Shown here: piece by piece, positions 1 to 10,105 of the stretch | Numbering within the stretch: the stretch's first letter is position 1 | How the letters are laid out: the number at the start of each line of letters is the position of its first letter | DNA from: a virus | Taxonomy: Duplodnaviria > Caudoviricetes | IMG/VR virus record: IMGVR_UViG_3300020440_000050 | Span: 1-30,988 of that record | Strand: one strand, 5' to 3' | DNA: 30,988 nucleotides | The notes under the pieces: generated by a model | Told to the model about the DNA's origin: nothing | Database searches by the model: none | What the model saw: only the letters and a program-made list of their open reading frames with translations | Made by a program: the position numbers and the translations under genes

Positions 1-214
1 AGACATGCGCCTGTAAGTGAATGACACTTGATGTGCTTGCTGGTGTGATATTGACCGTCAAATCTGTTAATGGTGTGTCAGTCGCTGCCGCTAAAGATGG
101 CGTACTAAACCCAGTGAATTGCGTGTACTGAACCTGAATAATCCCACCCTGAGGCATAATAATCTTGTTGCCAGCAGTTTTGGGGGCGAGTTCGTTGACG
201 AGTAATTTAGACAA
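1..214 (-). CDS. Small tail-associated/virion protein, truncated by window edge
   Basis: Not in ORF track. TTG start at 214 overlapping the upstream gene's end, SD GGAG upstream, open to the edge: MSKLLVNELAPKTAGNKIIMPQGGIIQVQYTQF...VNITPASTSSVIHLQAHV. Resembles small beta-rich tail-cassette proteins of marine podoviruses. Confidence 0.65.
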   Translation of the reverse strand, partial: MSKLLVNELAPKTAGNKIIMPQGGIIQVQYTQFTGFSTPSLAAATDTPLTDLTVNITPASTSSVIHLQAHV

Positions 215-671
215 TGCTCATCTCCCCATTAATTAGAAGCGTGGTTCCAGATGCGATTGTGAACGTACCTGCGACCATTGCACGTTCTGACGCAGCAATA
301 GTTGTGTTTGTTGATAGTGTCCCTGTATTGATACGAATACCGTTACGCATTAAGTTGCCAGATAATTTACTAGCTGTGATTGTTCCATCGCTCACAGAAC
401 CCACATCAAATACATCCCCAAGAGCCACAATAAAATCTATTGTGTCGTTAGTGGTCAAAGCTTCAGCAAATACAAGGTTACTGCCGCTGACCGTGAACGA
501 ATCTTGAGGAGCTTGAATAATACCATTGAGAGATACTATTAGATGATTTGCAGATTCTGGAAAGTATGCTGCACCACCTAGCGTAAGAGCGTAGGTAGCG
601 GTAGCAGAGGCAGCAGGGAATGATAGTTTATTAAACCCACCGCCTACAGGTGCTTTTCCTATGTATGGCAT
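207..671 (-). CDS. Tail-associated structural protein (154 aa)
   Basis: MPYIG N-terminus, LIVSLNGIIQAP...FTVSGSNLVF beta module, SD AGGAG, located in the tail cassette. Confidence 0.7.
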   Translation of the reverse strand: MPYIGKAPVGGGFNKLSFPAASATATYALTLGGAAYFPESANHLIVSLNGIIQAPQDSFTVSGSNLVFAEALTTNDTIDFIVALGDVFDVGSVSDGTITASKLSGNLMRNGIRINTGTLSTNTTIAASERAMVAGTFTIASGTTLLINGEMSIV

Positions 672-702
672 CTGCTTCTCCTATTAACTATCATTTGTGT
701 CA

Positions 703-1269
703 TTATGCTATCCTCACCACATTCAAATATGTGCCGTATGCTGTAGCAGTAGAAAATGTATTACCTTGCATATTCGAGTGTACCCTGCCCCTAACTTCAT
801 AAGTTGCACTGGCGTTAGCATCAGCTAGTACAACCATTCTAATTTTTGTTGTCGCTGTTGTTGCTTTGTAAATGTAAGCACCAGAAAAATGCGCTGAACC
901 CGCCATACTATTATCGCTTTGTGTAGTTCTGTGAGCTGCGCCAAATAACCCTGTAAAAGTTGAGCCATCAGTTGCAACTTCTATTTGGCACCCAGCATCT
1001 TCCAACTCCTCTGTGTTAATGCCATCTGAGCAAATACTACAACCAAATGAGATTAAATAAACTCCATCACTACTATCTAAAAGATACGCATCATTACTTG
1101 TGTCAAAGTTTGATTTGGTGTCGTACTCAACAGTGCCATTACCGCTAAAATCAACAGTTTCTTCCGTTGCGTCAGGAATATTTGTTTGATTTGTTATAAG
1201 CTTAACAAGGAAATATTCTTTGTCTGTAAGGTCAACTGATGTTACTGGGTCTATTTTTGAAAGTGCCAT
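703..1269 (-). CDS. Putative tail fibre/receptor-binding accessory protein, C1q/TNF-like beta sandwich (188 aa)
   Basis: MALSKI start, YDTKSNFDTSNDAY...GVYLISF pattern similar to phage C1q-like domains, tail cassette context. Confidence 0.6.
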   Translation of the reverse strand: MALSKIDPVTSVDLTDKEYFLVKLITNQTNIPDATEETVDFSGNGTVEYDTKSNFDTSNDAYLLDSSDGVYLISFGCSICSDGINTEELEDAGCQIEVATDGSTFTGLFGAAHRTTQSDNSMAGSAHFSGAYIYKATTATTKIRMVVLADANASATYEVRGRVHSNMQGNTFSTATAYGTYLNVVRIA

Positions 1270-1273
1270 ATTG

Positions 1274-2101
1274 TTATCCTACTTTAAAACCGCTAATAAA
1301 AGTGTTGACAGCACCAGCAATTGCGTTTCTCGTGTTGGTGCTTAGGTTGTCTTGGAAACAGTAAAGGTCAAAGTAATCACCAGCGGTGTATGACACTACT
1401 CTCGACCCTGTGAATGAAATGCTTTCAGCAGCGGCACTAGTGTAATACTTATTCTGTTCAACGATTACAGTGCCGTTCTTACGCAGATAAGCGGCATTAT
1501 TATCACCATCAAGGGCATCAATTCTGACGTTCCAACTCAGGAACAAATAACCGCTGTGTCCACTAGGAACAGTGATGCGATTGTTTGTTGTGTCGTGAAA
1601 TGAGTGAGTAGCATATTCTGCCGCCTGTAACGGAAGAACAACACCTGCGCCATCTGGAAGAGCAGTATTAGAGTTCATATAAATATGAAACAGCACTGGA
1701 TTAGAGGGCGTTACAATTCCAGCACTATCAATAGTCATGGCAGTGTTTGTTCCAGTAGCATCTTTAATTGTGCCTACGTTCAAGCCGCCAGTAAACGTAC
1801 CGTTTGTAGCTTGCAGTGCTTGGTTGCTTGGATGTGTGCTAGTCTGCTGTGCTAGTGCGTTGTACACCACATAGATGTCATCTGTTGCTGCTACAGTATA
1901 TCCTACTAGATTAACTGTATTACCATCTGTGGTATACGATTCAGTAGGTTCTTGACGCACGTTGTTAATAAAAAGGTCAATGCTTTCTGGACTAGATACA
2001 GCATGAGACAGAATTAGGCTTGCGCCTGTAGCCCCTGTCAAATCCTGCTTTGGGGGTATCTTAGAAAACCCTTCAGTTTGCTGATTACCTATGTAACCCA
2101 T
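1274..2101 (-). CDS. Putative tail fibre accessory protein with C-terminal C1q-like domain (275 aa)
   Basis: MGYIGN start, LFINNVRQEP module, FHDTTNNRITVPSGHSGYLFLSWNV...GDYFDLYCFQ C1q-like pattern. Confidence 0.65.
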   Translation of the reverse strand: MGYIGNQQTEGFSKIPPKQDLTGATGASLILSHAVSSPESIDLFINNVRQEPTESYTTDGNTVNLVGYTVAATDDIYVVYNALAQQTSTHPSNQALQATNGTFTGGLNVGTIKDATGTNTAMTIDSAGIVTPSNPVLFHIYMNSNTALPDGAGVVLPLQAAEYATHSFHDTTNNRITVPSGHSGYLFLSWNVRIDALDGDNNAAYLRKNGTVIVEQNKYYTSAAAESISFTGSRVVSYTAGDYFDLYCFQDNLSTNTRNAIAGAVNTFISGFKVG

Positions 2102-2112
2102 AGTAAACCCCC

Positions 2113-2490
2113 TTATGTGCTAATTGCGTCAACGGCAGATACCCACACATCTAGTGAGCTTGCTGTGTCCGATTTAACAAACAATCTATCACCGCTTGCT
2201 ACGACTATCTTTGCACCACCATCAAGTAATTGTAATGCTCCACCCGCAGCTATAGGCGCACCCTTTATTAAGTAGTATTCTTGATTTCCGGCAGTATCAG
2301 TAGAACCTACACCACCTTCAGAAGTCGTGTTGTCTGTTATAAAAACATCCACAGTAATTGAATTTGATGTCCTGTTAGCACAATGAATCCCTACAATTGT
2401 ATCAAAACTATCAAAGTTTGCCCCATCAGGAATATCAGCAGCAACAGTGCCTACATTTCTTAATTTATATCTTCTAAAATTCTGTGCCAT
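2113..2490 (-). CDS. Conserved virion/tail protein following the tail fibre (125 aa)
   Basis: SD GAGGA. Pattern YLIKGAPIAAGGALQLLDGGAKIVVASGDRLFVKSDTASSLDV is typical of the gene after gp17 in marine podoviruses. Confidence 0.7.
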   Translation of the reverse strand: MAQNFRRYKLRNVGTVAADIPDGANFDSFDTIVGIHCANRTSNSITVDVFITDNTTSEGGVGSTDTAGNQEYYLIKGAPIAAGGALQLLDGGAKIVVASGDRLFVKSDTASSLDVWVSAVDAIST

Positions 2491-2504
2491 AATAATCCTC
2501 TAAA

Positions 2505-3638
2505 CTATAGGGCGATTGCCATTGCGATTGCGAAGCCGTTAGTGGCAAAACTAGATGTGTCTGCGGCAGAATCTTGCCACCCAGATGAGCTACGTACACG
2601 TAGTGTGTTACTAGTACTATTGAAGTACAAGTCCCCAACATCTACTGTACCAGCATTTCCTGTAGGTGCAGCACCTGTTTGATACGATTCAGCAGCAGCA
2701 TCGCTAGTAAATGCTCCGTAATACACATCACGCTGGGATTGAGTTTCGTTTTTAGCTTGATTTGCCCAATACTTGGCAGAGTACTCACCACCAGCTACAG
2801 CAGTATCACGGTCAAAACTTGTGCCACCGCCAAGAGACCACTGTTTAGCAGAGCCAGTATTCATGCCTGAGTTATCACCAGTGCCGATAGAATATTCTTT
2901 AGCAGAATACTCTGTGCCATCAACACTACCAAGTGTTTCAACAGCCCAGTCTTTAGCAGGGCCAGAACCAGCAGTATCTGTGACACCTGTACCACCTACA
3001 GCCCAAGACTTAGATGAATAGTTACCACTGTTTGCACCGTTTTCTTGTACTTGACCGTCTGTTTTAGTAGCGTAGTCTTTAGCTTCCTGTGCGTGTTCTT
3101 CAGCGTTTTGAATGTCAGTTAAGTTAGCTGTTAGTGTACTAGCTATACCTGCGACAGTTGTTACTTCTGTTTGAATACCTGCAACAGTGGTGATGTCAGG
3201 CAAGTTGGTAGATAAGAACTGCTTGTTTACAGCGTCTGTATTGTTAACAGGGTCTCCGACATTTTTAATAATGTTACCACCAGCATCCCAACGATTGGTA
3301 GTATCAAGACCAATAGTATCTCCAACCCTGTCGTTAGCTTCCTGTGCAGCGTGGAAGACCTGAATACTACTATTATCCAAGTCTTCTTCTGTCAGGACTG
3401 AGCCTGAGGCAAAGTCAACTGCACGTGCTGTTAGGCTTGTTGTACGTCTTACTTGTACAAGTGTACCAGTTGCTGGGGCAATACCTAGCTGCACAGTAGA
3501 AGTAGAAGGAAAGGTCAGGGGTGTTTCAGCCACACCGTCTACAGTAACGCTAATCTCACTAGTATTTTGATATGTGAAGGGGATGGAAAACGTAGTAGTC
3601 GTGTTATCCCCTGTGTAGTTTTGATATGAAAGAGCCAT
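2505..3638 (-). CDS. gp17: Tail fibre/adaptor protein, T7 gp17-like N-terminus (377 aa)
   Basis: YTGDNTTTTFSIPFTY...VQVRRTT...VDFASGSVLTEEDLD...QE T7 tail anchor motif, directly after gp16. Confidence 0.9.
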   Translation of the reverse strand: MALSYQNYTGDNTTTTFSIPFTYQNTSEISVTVDGVAETPLTFPSTSTVQLGIAPATGTLVQVRRTTSLTARAVDFASGSVLTEEDLDNSSIQVFHAAQEANDRVGDTIGLDTTNRWDAGGNIIKNVGDPVNNTDAVNKQFLSTNLPDITTVAGIQTEVTTVAGIASTLTANLTDIQNAEEHAQEAKDYATKTDGQVQENGANSGNYSSKSWAVGGTGVTDTAGSGPAKDWAVETLGSVDGTEYSAKEYSIGTGDNSGMNTGSAKQWSLGGGTSFDRDTAVAGGEYSAKYWANQAKNETQSQRDVYYGAFTSDAAAESYQTGAAPTGNAGTVDVGDLYFNSTSNTLRVRSSSGWQDSAADTSSFATNGFAIAMAIAL

Positions 3639-3646
3639 CTCTTATC

Positions 3647-6600
3647 CTATTCTGTTGTAGCGGCGTTAGCCAAACCATTTAATATTTGTCTTGCTCCATA
3701 TAACGAAGAGAAAGGTAGAACACGTAAAAGACTACGCAACTCGTTCTCTGTTAGTTCCCCTTCACCTATGGCATCAAATATATCTGAAACACCTTTAACT
3801 GCACCAATACCTAATGACACACCAGCAGGTGTAAGAGCATTGGTATTACCATCCATTGCACCTGTTGACAGTTGGTAGATATAACCAAACAAGGATGCAG
3901 CACCTATTTGACTTAATGCACCTTGAGCAAATCTATCCATCTGGAAATTACGCTGTAGGTATTCCTGTTGGTCACTACGTCCCATAGAATTAAGATAAGT
4001 TCTGCTCATGTACATCATACTACCCATCAAAGCAGAAAACGCCATGATACGTGCTACTTGTTGAGCGTCACCATTAACAAACCTAACGCCTAGACGCATA
4101 GCTTGTTGTTCCATAGAAGCCATAGGGAAAGATAAAAACTGAAAGAATGTTTTACCTATCTCACTACGCAGTAATCCATTTACTGAGCCATTGTTCATCT
4201 CTTGCACAAGTTGTGTAGCTTCACGTCTGGCAGACATGCTAAACACATTCTTAGCGTCTTGTAGTTCCCACTTGTCAATATTCAACGCATCTAACGCACC
4301 GTCTTTATTGTATGTCGCATGCTTTCTAATCATCTTTCCAATGTCAGATGCTACTGCATTTGATATGCCTAACTGCTCACGTTTAATAGGGGAGAATGGA
4401 ACTTTACCACGTCTTACTGCGTCTGACCATTCTGTAGCATAGTTAAGTGTAGTACCCCTACGAAGAATGTCAGTTACACCCTGAAGACCAGAAGCTACTG
4501 ACATAAAAATGCGTCCACGTCCAAGTAGAACATCCATCTCAGTAATTTCACCAGCGATTTCCATGCCACTAGCTACGTCACCCTCTAGTCTGCTTCTCAT
4601 GGTTGTAACTTTAGATACCATGCCATCACTACCCACACCAGTGACTGCCATCATCTCTCGCATTAGCTTATTATCTAACTCACCGTTCTGTGCTTTACGT
4701 ACTAAGTTTCTGAATTGAGGTACAGTTTTCATTAATGTGGTTAACGAATATTCAAACAGCACATTGGATGTTTCCATCAATGCCGCCATGCCTGACATAC
4801 CCATACTAGTGAAGAAAGAAACCTCTCTCACTCTACGTGTAATAGTCAAAGCATCGTCTGACAAGCCTGATTTGTATGCTAGTTGACCTGTTACAGAATC
4901 ATACATATACTGTAATGCGTCTATTTCTTTTTGTCTGGTTGAATCTGCTTGGTCTTTTACTTTACCTAGCAGAGTGTCAAAGCTAGACCCTAACTTGTTT
5001 GTATTGATACCATTACGAGCAAGAGCCGTAGCACCTGCTAGTTGAAATACATAACTGTCGTACAGGTTTTCCATGTTTTCTTCCAACAAGTCCGTAAACT
5101 TTAGTTGGAAAGGTTTACCGTCTGCACCTGTTACAGTAATCTCTGTACCTTCATCTAGTATCATACGTGGTTTGGCTCGTTTGTGTCCCTTTACTTCAGC
5201 AGAACGAGTAAGAGCATCAATCATTACTTCGATGTCAGCATCATCAAAACCTTCGTTCTTCATAAGCATTGTAAAGTCTTCTACATCAAAGTCACCATTA
5301 CGTAACTTAGCTGATGCTCCACCATACTTAGGGTCTACTACGTTCTTAATGTAACCACGTGACATAGAAGCAATGAAAGCTTTTACTTGCTTATTAGTCA
5401 CAGGCTTACCACGTTTCTTAGCTAACATCTTAGCTACATCACGCTCAATTTCTGGCTGACCTCTGCGTATAGCAGCTTCAGCTAGTTCACCCCAAGCCTT
5501 GTTGATAGTACCGTCAGCTTCATCTGGTAGTGTTTCTTTACGTAGTCTAGCTATGTTTCCCTTGTTAAACATTCTAGGAACATAGTTGTCAATGCGAGAT
5601 ATAACACCAGATGTAAAGCCAGCAGCGTCAGCACCTATAGCTTCTTTAGCTATGTTGTTTATCTCACGCTTGTAAATGTCTGCTGCTTCTCTAATTGTTT
5701 TATCAGCGTTAGGGTTTGGCATACGTATCTGTCTAGAGACTAGTACACTAAAATCTGAACGTGTAATATTAGGATTACGTCTGATAAAGTCATCCCTAAG
5801 AGTACGAATAGGTACAGCTACTTTAGCACGATATGACATAACCATAGTGTCACGTTGCTCTAACGCACCAAAGTTTACAGGTATGGTATTACCAGTAGCA
5901 GGGTCAACTCTGTTACCAGTACTATTTAATCCAAGACCATCTGCTAACCAACGTACTGTACCATCATCTGAATCTTTAGCACGTACAAAGGAAGACAACA
6001 CACCTCTTAATTTAGGTGCTACGCCTCTTTGCTTTGGTATTGCAGCAATCTCTTCTTCTGTCATTTCTGACAGTTCTTTTCTTTTTATACCAGCACTAGC
6101 GTCAGGTACAACAGCTTCACCTGTTTTGAAGTCGTCACCATCTAAGGCCATCTTACGAAACTGTTGAGCTAGTATCTCATCATCGTTATCTTGTAGTAAT
6201 CTTTGCTGTGCGTCTGTGAGTACCTTACCGTCTGCTTGGTCTCTGAGTGCCATCTGCACGTTAGCACGTTTGGTCATGACTTGTCCAAGTCTAGTAAAAC
6301 CTAGATTGAAGCCAGCACCTAATGCACCAGCCAGCATGATGTCACCACCTGTGATGTCATACTTAACTTGTGACCTAAGTAGTTCTAGACCAGCTAACTC
6401 TGTGCCACCAATACCAGCAGCAGCCATAAGATACTTTTTATTATTCTTAAACTTGCTAAACATGCTAAAAGTTTTAGCACCCAAAGCTGTAACAGGAGCA
6501 GCAGCAGGGGCTACAGCAGCCGTAGCAGCAGCAGTTGTAAGCATAAGTGCTGCATCATCTGGTGCAAACACATCTGCTGTAACTGTAGCTGCCAAACCTT

Positions 6601-7009
6601 TTAGACCTGCCTGAGATAGTTTCTTGTTTACTTCGTCAGTGCGTCTTACCTCATCAGCAATAGCACGTCCATACATAATACCTTTTTCTTGGGTAGCATC
6701 CAACACACGTTTCAATGCACGTTCATTGGTAATGCCCTCAGTTACAGAATCAACATCTTCCTGCGTCAGCATGGTGGGTGCTTCTTCTGCATCAGGACGG
6801 TCTATCAATGACAGAACAGAAGGTATAGTGCCAGCTTCGGAGTAACGCTCACCAACTAGCTCAAAGAAACTAGCATCTTTTTGTCTAGCCTTTGCTTCCA
6901 TGTTAGCTTTGTTTACTTCGTCTAGCGTGAACTTAGGGGTGTAAGGAGAGGGGGTAGCACCCCCAAATCCCAATGCCTCAAGTTCTGTCTTAAACTTCTG
7001 TTCAGCCAT
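3647..7009 (-). CDS. gp16: Internal virion (ejection) protein, gp16-like (1120 aa)
   Basis: Size and synteny between gp15 and the tail fibre, NYVPR motif, C-terminal FFQFLSFPMASMEQQ and hydrophobic segments. Confidence 0.8.
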   Translation of the reverse strand: MAEQKFKTELEALGFGGATPSPYTPKFTLDEVNKANMEAKARQKDASFFELVGERYSEAGTIPSVLSLIDRPDAEEAPTMLTQEDVDSVTEGITNERALKRVLDATQEKGIMYGRAIADEVRRTDEVNKKLSQAGLKGLAATVTADVFAPDDAALMLTTAAATAAVAPAAAPVTALGAKTFSMFSKFKNNKKYLMAAAGIGGTELAGLELLRSQVKYDITGGDIMLAGALGAGFNLGFTRLGQVMTKRANVQMALRDQADGKVLTDAQQRLLQDNDDEILAQQFRKMALDGDDFKTGEAVVPDASAGIKRKELSEMTEEEIAAIPKQRGVAPKLRGVLSSFVRAKDSDDGTVRWLADGLGLNSTGNRVDPATGNTIPVNFGALEQRDTMVMSYRAKVAVPIRTLRDDFIRRNPNITRSDFSVLVSRQIRMPNPNADKTIREAADIYKREINNIAKEAIGADAAGFTSGVISRIDNYVPRMFNKGNIARLRKETLPDEADGTINKAWGELAEAAIRRGQPEIERDVAKMLAKKRGKPVTNKQVKAFIASMSRGYIKNVVDPKYGGASAKLRNGDFDVEDFTMLMKNEGFDDADIEVMIDALTRSAEVKGHKRAKPRMILDEGTEITVTGADGKPFQLKFTDLLEENMENLYDSYVFQLAGATALARNGINTNKLGSSFDTLLGKVKDQADSTRQKEIDALQYMYDSVTGQLAYKSGLSDDALTITRRVREVSFFTSMGMSGMAALMETSNVLFEYSLTTLMKTVPQFRNLVRKAQNGELDNKLMREMMAVTGVGSDGMVSKVTTMRSRLEGDVASGMEIAGEITEMDVLLGRGRIFMSVASGLQGVTDILRRGTTLNYATEWSDAVRRGKVPFSPIKREQLGISNAVASDIGKMIRKHATYNKDGALDALNIDKWELQDAKNVFSMSARREATQLVQEMNNGSVNGLLRSEIGKTFFQFLSFPMASMEQQAMRLGVRFVNGDAQQVARIMAFSALMGSMMYMSRTYLNSMGRSDQQEYLQRNFQMDRFAQGALSQIGAASLFGYIYQLSTGAMDGNTNALTPAGVSLGIGAVKGVSDIFDAIGEGELTENELRSLLRVLPFSSLYGARQILNGLANAATTE
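4593..4615 (-). promoter_or_regulatory. Putative phage RNAP promoter inside gp16
   Basis: Minus strand TCTAAAGTTACAACCATGAGAAG, 23/23 identical to the plus-strand copy at 29910-29932, with a 17+6 T7-like layout and +1 G. Confidence 0.75.
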
Positions 7010-7012
7010 GAC

Positions 7013-10000
7013 TTATCCTTTTATAGCTTCTGCCATTTCTCTAGCACGATTAGGTGTTTGTTTTGACCAGCTAGTGGCTGTCTTTCTTTTACCACTAACA
7101 TTAAACAGCATGTGCATAGAGGCTTCTTCCAAAGCTTTTTTTTGCTCTGCTGAGTTTGTTGGTAGTGAAGCAGCTTTCTTAATAGCTGTCATAAACTTAG
7201 GCCACTCATCTCTGACGTTCTGTCTACCTAACTGAAACGCCATACTAGTGATAGCCATCTGTGTGTTATCAGGCAGGTTGTCGAAGCCGCTTACCTCATT
7301 GGTCATAAAGTCTGTAATCTTGTTTACTTTAAGTTCAATGACTGCATCAGCTTCTGGCTGCGTTATGTTGTTGATGTCTTTAATCAAAGCTTTTTCATCA
7401 CTCTCTAATGAAGGGATGTAGAAGCCATAACCTACAGATTTATTCTTACCATCTTTGTATGGGTTAGCTCTAAAGTCTTCCTGTACTTTGATTAGGCTAA
7501 CAGCTTTAGATTGTGCAGTATCGCCTTGAATTGTAGTTGTGTCTACAGCTTTGTCGCTAAAGGTTCTAGTAGATACCTCGCTAGGAGTTACCGTCACAGG
7601 TTCTGATTCTATAGTAGCTGCTTCGGCTTCGTCACTACCAAACAGACTACTTATACCTTCGCCTATGCTATCAAAGATAGATTCAAAGATACTATCACCA
7701 GCTTCGTCTACAGCGTCAGGATTGATGCCACGTTCTTGCGCTTTCTGTCTAGCTTTGTCAAGTAAAGCGTTACGCTCACCTTCCATAAACTTTGTTAGAC
7801 TTTCTCTAGCTGTGCGTCTATCAGCCTGACCAGTCAAACCTGTTATAGCTTCAAAGTCAGTGACTTCAAGTTCGCCACCTACTCTACCAGTATCAATTAC
7901 ACTAAAGTCTTCACCTTGGTCTCCAATACTATCAGCACCCAAATCCTCGTATTCTTCTAACAAGGCAGGGTCAAAGTCTGCCATAGAAATTTGACCTTTT
8001 CCAACAGCTTCGTCAAACTTAGTTACATACTGTTCTTTGATACCCTGTACTCTCATCTTATCAAACTCATGTAAGTTTATAAAATCAAGAGTTTTAGCTG
8101 TACCCTCATCTTTAGATGTAGCTATTAAGTATACTAAGTTTTCGTTACCTTCGTGATGTCGTAAACTTATTGTAAAATTAGCAGCGTCATCAAAGCCACG
8201 TACCATCAGTCCGTTTCTTCTAGCTTCCGCTAGTTGGCTACGTCCTGCTACCACAGAACCGTCTGTCATTACATAACGAGGCTCTATACCTAACTCACTA
8301 TGAATGTATCTCACTAGTTGTGCATTTTTTGTTATTTCTTCTAAACCCTGTTCTAAGTTCTCCACATATGCAGGAGTTCTTTTAGATAGTTTAGATTGTT
8401 TAACAAGTGATACACTACCGTCTGGTGACTTGACTTCCATAAAGTTAGCAGACACTTTATCAACAGCCATCTGAATTATTTGTTCATCAGACTTCTGTGG
8501 CATTATCTTTCTAAAAACTTGTGCTAACTCTTGGGCATCATTTCTCAGATAGTCTAAGTTGTGTGCATCTTCCTTATCTGTAAACTTAAATATGCCTTTG
8601 AAGCCACCATCAATAGCGTCTTTTACACTATCTGTAGTAACATCAATAGTAGCATCAAACTTGTCAATACCTTGAACATGCGACAAAGCAGTCGTAACGT
8701 CCATAATACTATTATCTACTAACGCCTGTACAGCGAGGAAACGCTCTCTAGTATCTGGTTCTAGTGTTGATAAATTACCACCAAACTTTGTAAATCTATC
8801 CATAGCTTCATAAGATGCTGCAAGATTTTGTGTATTTATGGGGTCAAGTACGTTTTGTGTTACAAGTGTACCATTAAAGGTTTGTGCAGCTTGTACTACA
8901 TCTACAGGAGTTTCACCTGTTGCTGTGTAAAACTGGTAGTATCTTGTTTGTGTAGGAATAACTTCATTTGTATTGATAGCTGCTATTCTAGCCTGTTTTT
9001 CAGTTTCAGATAAAGTATCATCATCTAATACTGCTTGTACTTTTTTCTGACTATTAATCATACGAACATTAAACTGCTCGTCTACATAGTTAGCCATGTC
9101 AATGTCACTAGGTGTCCATGTAGTACCTTCTCCATCAGGTATAGGTTCTTCTCTACCTGTGGGTAATGTACCTGAAGCACCATCAAACCAACCGTTAGCT
9201 GAGTTAGCGTACCAATTAGCTTTATAAGCATTACGTTGAGCAGTTTTACCAAGGCTGCTGGCTGATGCTATCTGTTTCCTAATTGCGGTAGCTTTATCAA
9301 TGTTTCTGTCTACATTCATTTGATTCTTAGACAGAGGACTATCTAACCACGCAACCAATGCACTGTTAGGATTAGTCTCACGCATATCAAAGGCAATACC
9401 CATCAAGTGGTCATTGATTTCTTGCTTAGTAAAATTATCACCATACGCTGCCATAAAGTTATTTACAAGAGTATTTACCTGTTCAGCCCCTGTTTGGTAT
9501 GCGTTCTTATCTGGGTTATCTTTATCCGTAAAGGCTGATTCACTCAGATTTACTTGACCAATAATAGAGGTGCCTAAAGTGCTGAGATTTATTCTTTTGT
9601 TTTCTTTAATTTTAGCAGGTTCATAAGTAGTCTTACCCCACACATTTGTGAGGGCTTCCATATTTACAGCAAACTCATCCAAAAGCATAGGGTCAATGTC
9701 TGTGCTTTTAAGTTTGTCTAACTCATCAGTAACAAAATCTCTACGCTTTTGAAGAACATCTGCGGTATTCATCTGCAAATATTCTTGCCTGTTGACTGTC
9801 CAATCTTTATCTAACTCTGCTTCAATAATTTTAGCTTGTTGGTCTAGCTGTGAAGCATGTATACGTCTTTGTCCAGTCTCTATTTCTCTCTCACGTTTTA
9901 GTCTATCAGCCTTACGTAAATTAGCATCTGCTTCTATAGCAGGAGTAATAGCTGTGAGGAATTGTGACAACTGACTAGGTTGTTGTTGTGTCTCTGGTGG

Positions 10001-10093
10001 TCTTACATAAGTTTCAACAGGAGAAGCTTGTGGACGTAAATCAGATTGTGTAGGAGCGTTAAGCCTACCTACCTGTACTCTAGTTTGTGCCAT
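7013..10093 (-). CDS. gp15: Internal virion protein gp15-like with C-terminal T4-type (GH24) lysozyme domain (1026 aa)
   Basis: Synteny. C-terminal VQEDFRANPYKDGKNKSVGYG...MAFQLG...SWSKQTPNRA resembles T4 lysozyme motifs. Confidence 0.8.
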   Translation of the reverse strand: MAQTRVQVGRLNAPTQSDLRPQASPVETYVRPPETQQQPSQLSQFLTAITPAIEADANLRKADRLKREREIETGQRRIHASQLDQQAKIIEAELDKDWTVNRQEYLQMNTADVLQKRRDFVTDELDKLKSTDIDPMLLDEFAVNMEALTNVWGKTTYEPAKIKENKRINLSTLGTSIIGQVNLSESAFTDKDNPDKNAYQTGAEQVNTLVNNFMAAYGDNFTKQEINDHLMGIAFDMRETNPNSALVAWLDSPLSKNQMNVDRNIDKATAIRKQIASASSLGKTAQRNAYKANWYANSANGWFDGASGTLPTGREEPIPDGEGTTWTPSDIDMANYVDEQFNVRMINSQKKVQAVLDDDTLSETEKQARIAAINTNEVIPTQTRYYQFYTATGETPVDVVQAAQTFNGTLVTQNVLDPINTQNLAASYEAMDRFTKFGGNLSTLEPDTRERFLAVQALVDNSIMDVTTALSHVQGIDKFDATIDVTTDSVKDAIDGGFKGIFKFTDKEDAHNLDYLRNDAQELAQVFRKIMPQKSDEQIIQMAVDKVSANFMEVKSPDGSVSLVKQSKLSKRTPAYVENLEQGLEEITKNAQLVRYIHSELGIEPRYVMTDGSVVAGRSQLAEARRNGLMVRGFDDAANFTISLRHHEGNENLVYLIATSKDEGTAKTLDFINLHEFDKMRVQGIKEQYVTKFDEAVGKGQISMADFDPALLEEYEDLGADSIGDQGEDFSVIDTGRVGGELEVTDFEAITGLTGQADRRTARESLTKFMEGERNALLDKARQKAQERGINPDAVDEAGDSIFESIFDSIGEGISSLFGSDEAEAATIESEPVTVTPSEVSTRTFSDKAVDTTTIQGDTAQSKAVSLIKVQEDFRANPYKDGKNKSVGYGFYIPSLESDEKALIKDINNITQPEADAVIELKVNKITDFMTNEVSGFDNLPDNTQMAITSMAFQLGRQNVRDEWPKFMTAIKKAASLPTNSAEQKKALEEASMHMLFNVSGKRKTATSWSKQTPNRAREMAEAIKG

Positions 10094-10105
10094 GATTACT
10101 CCTCA

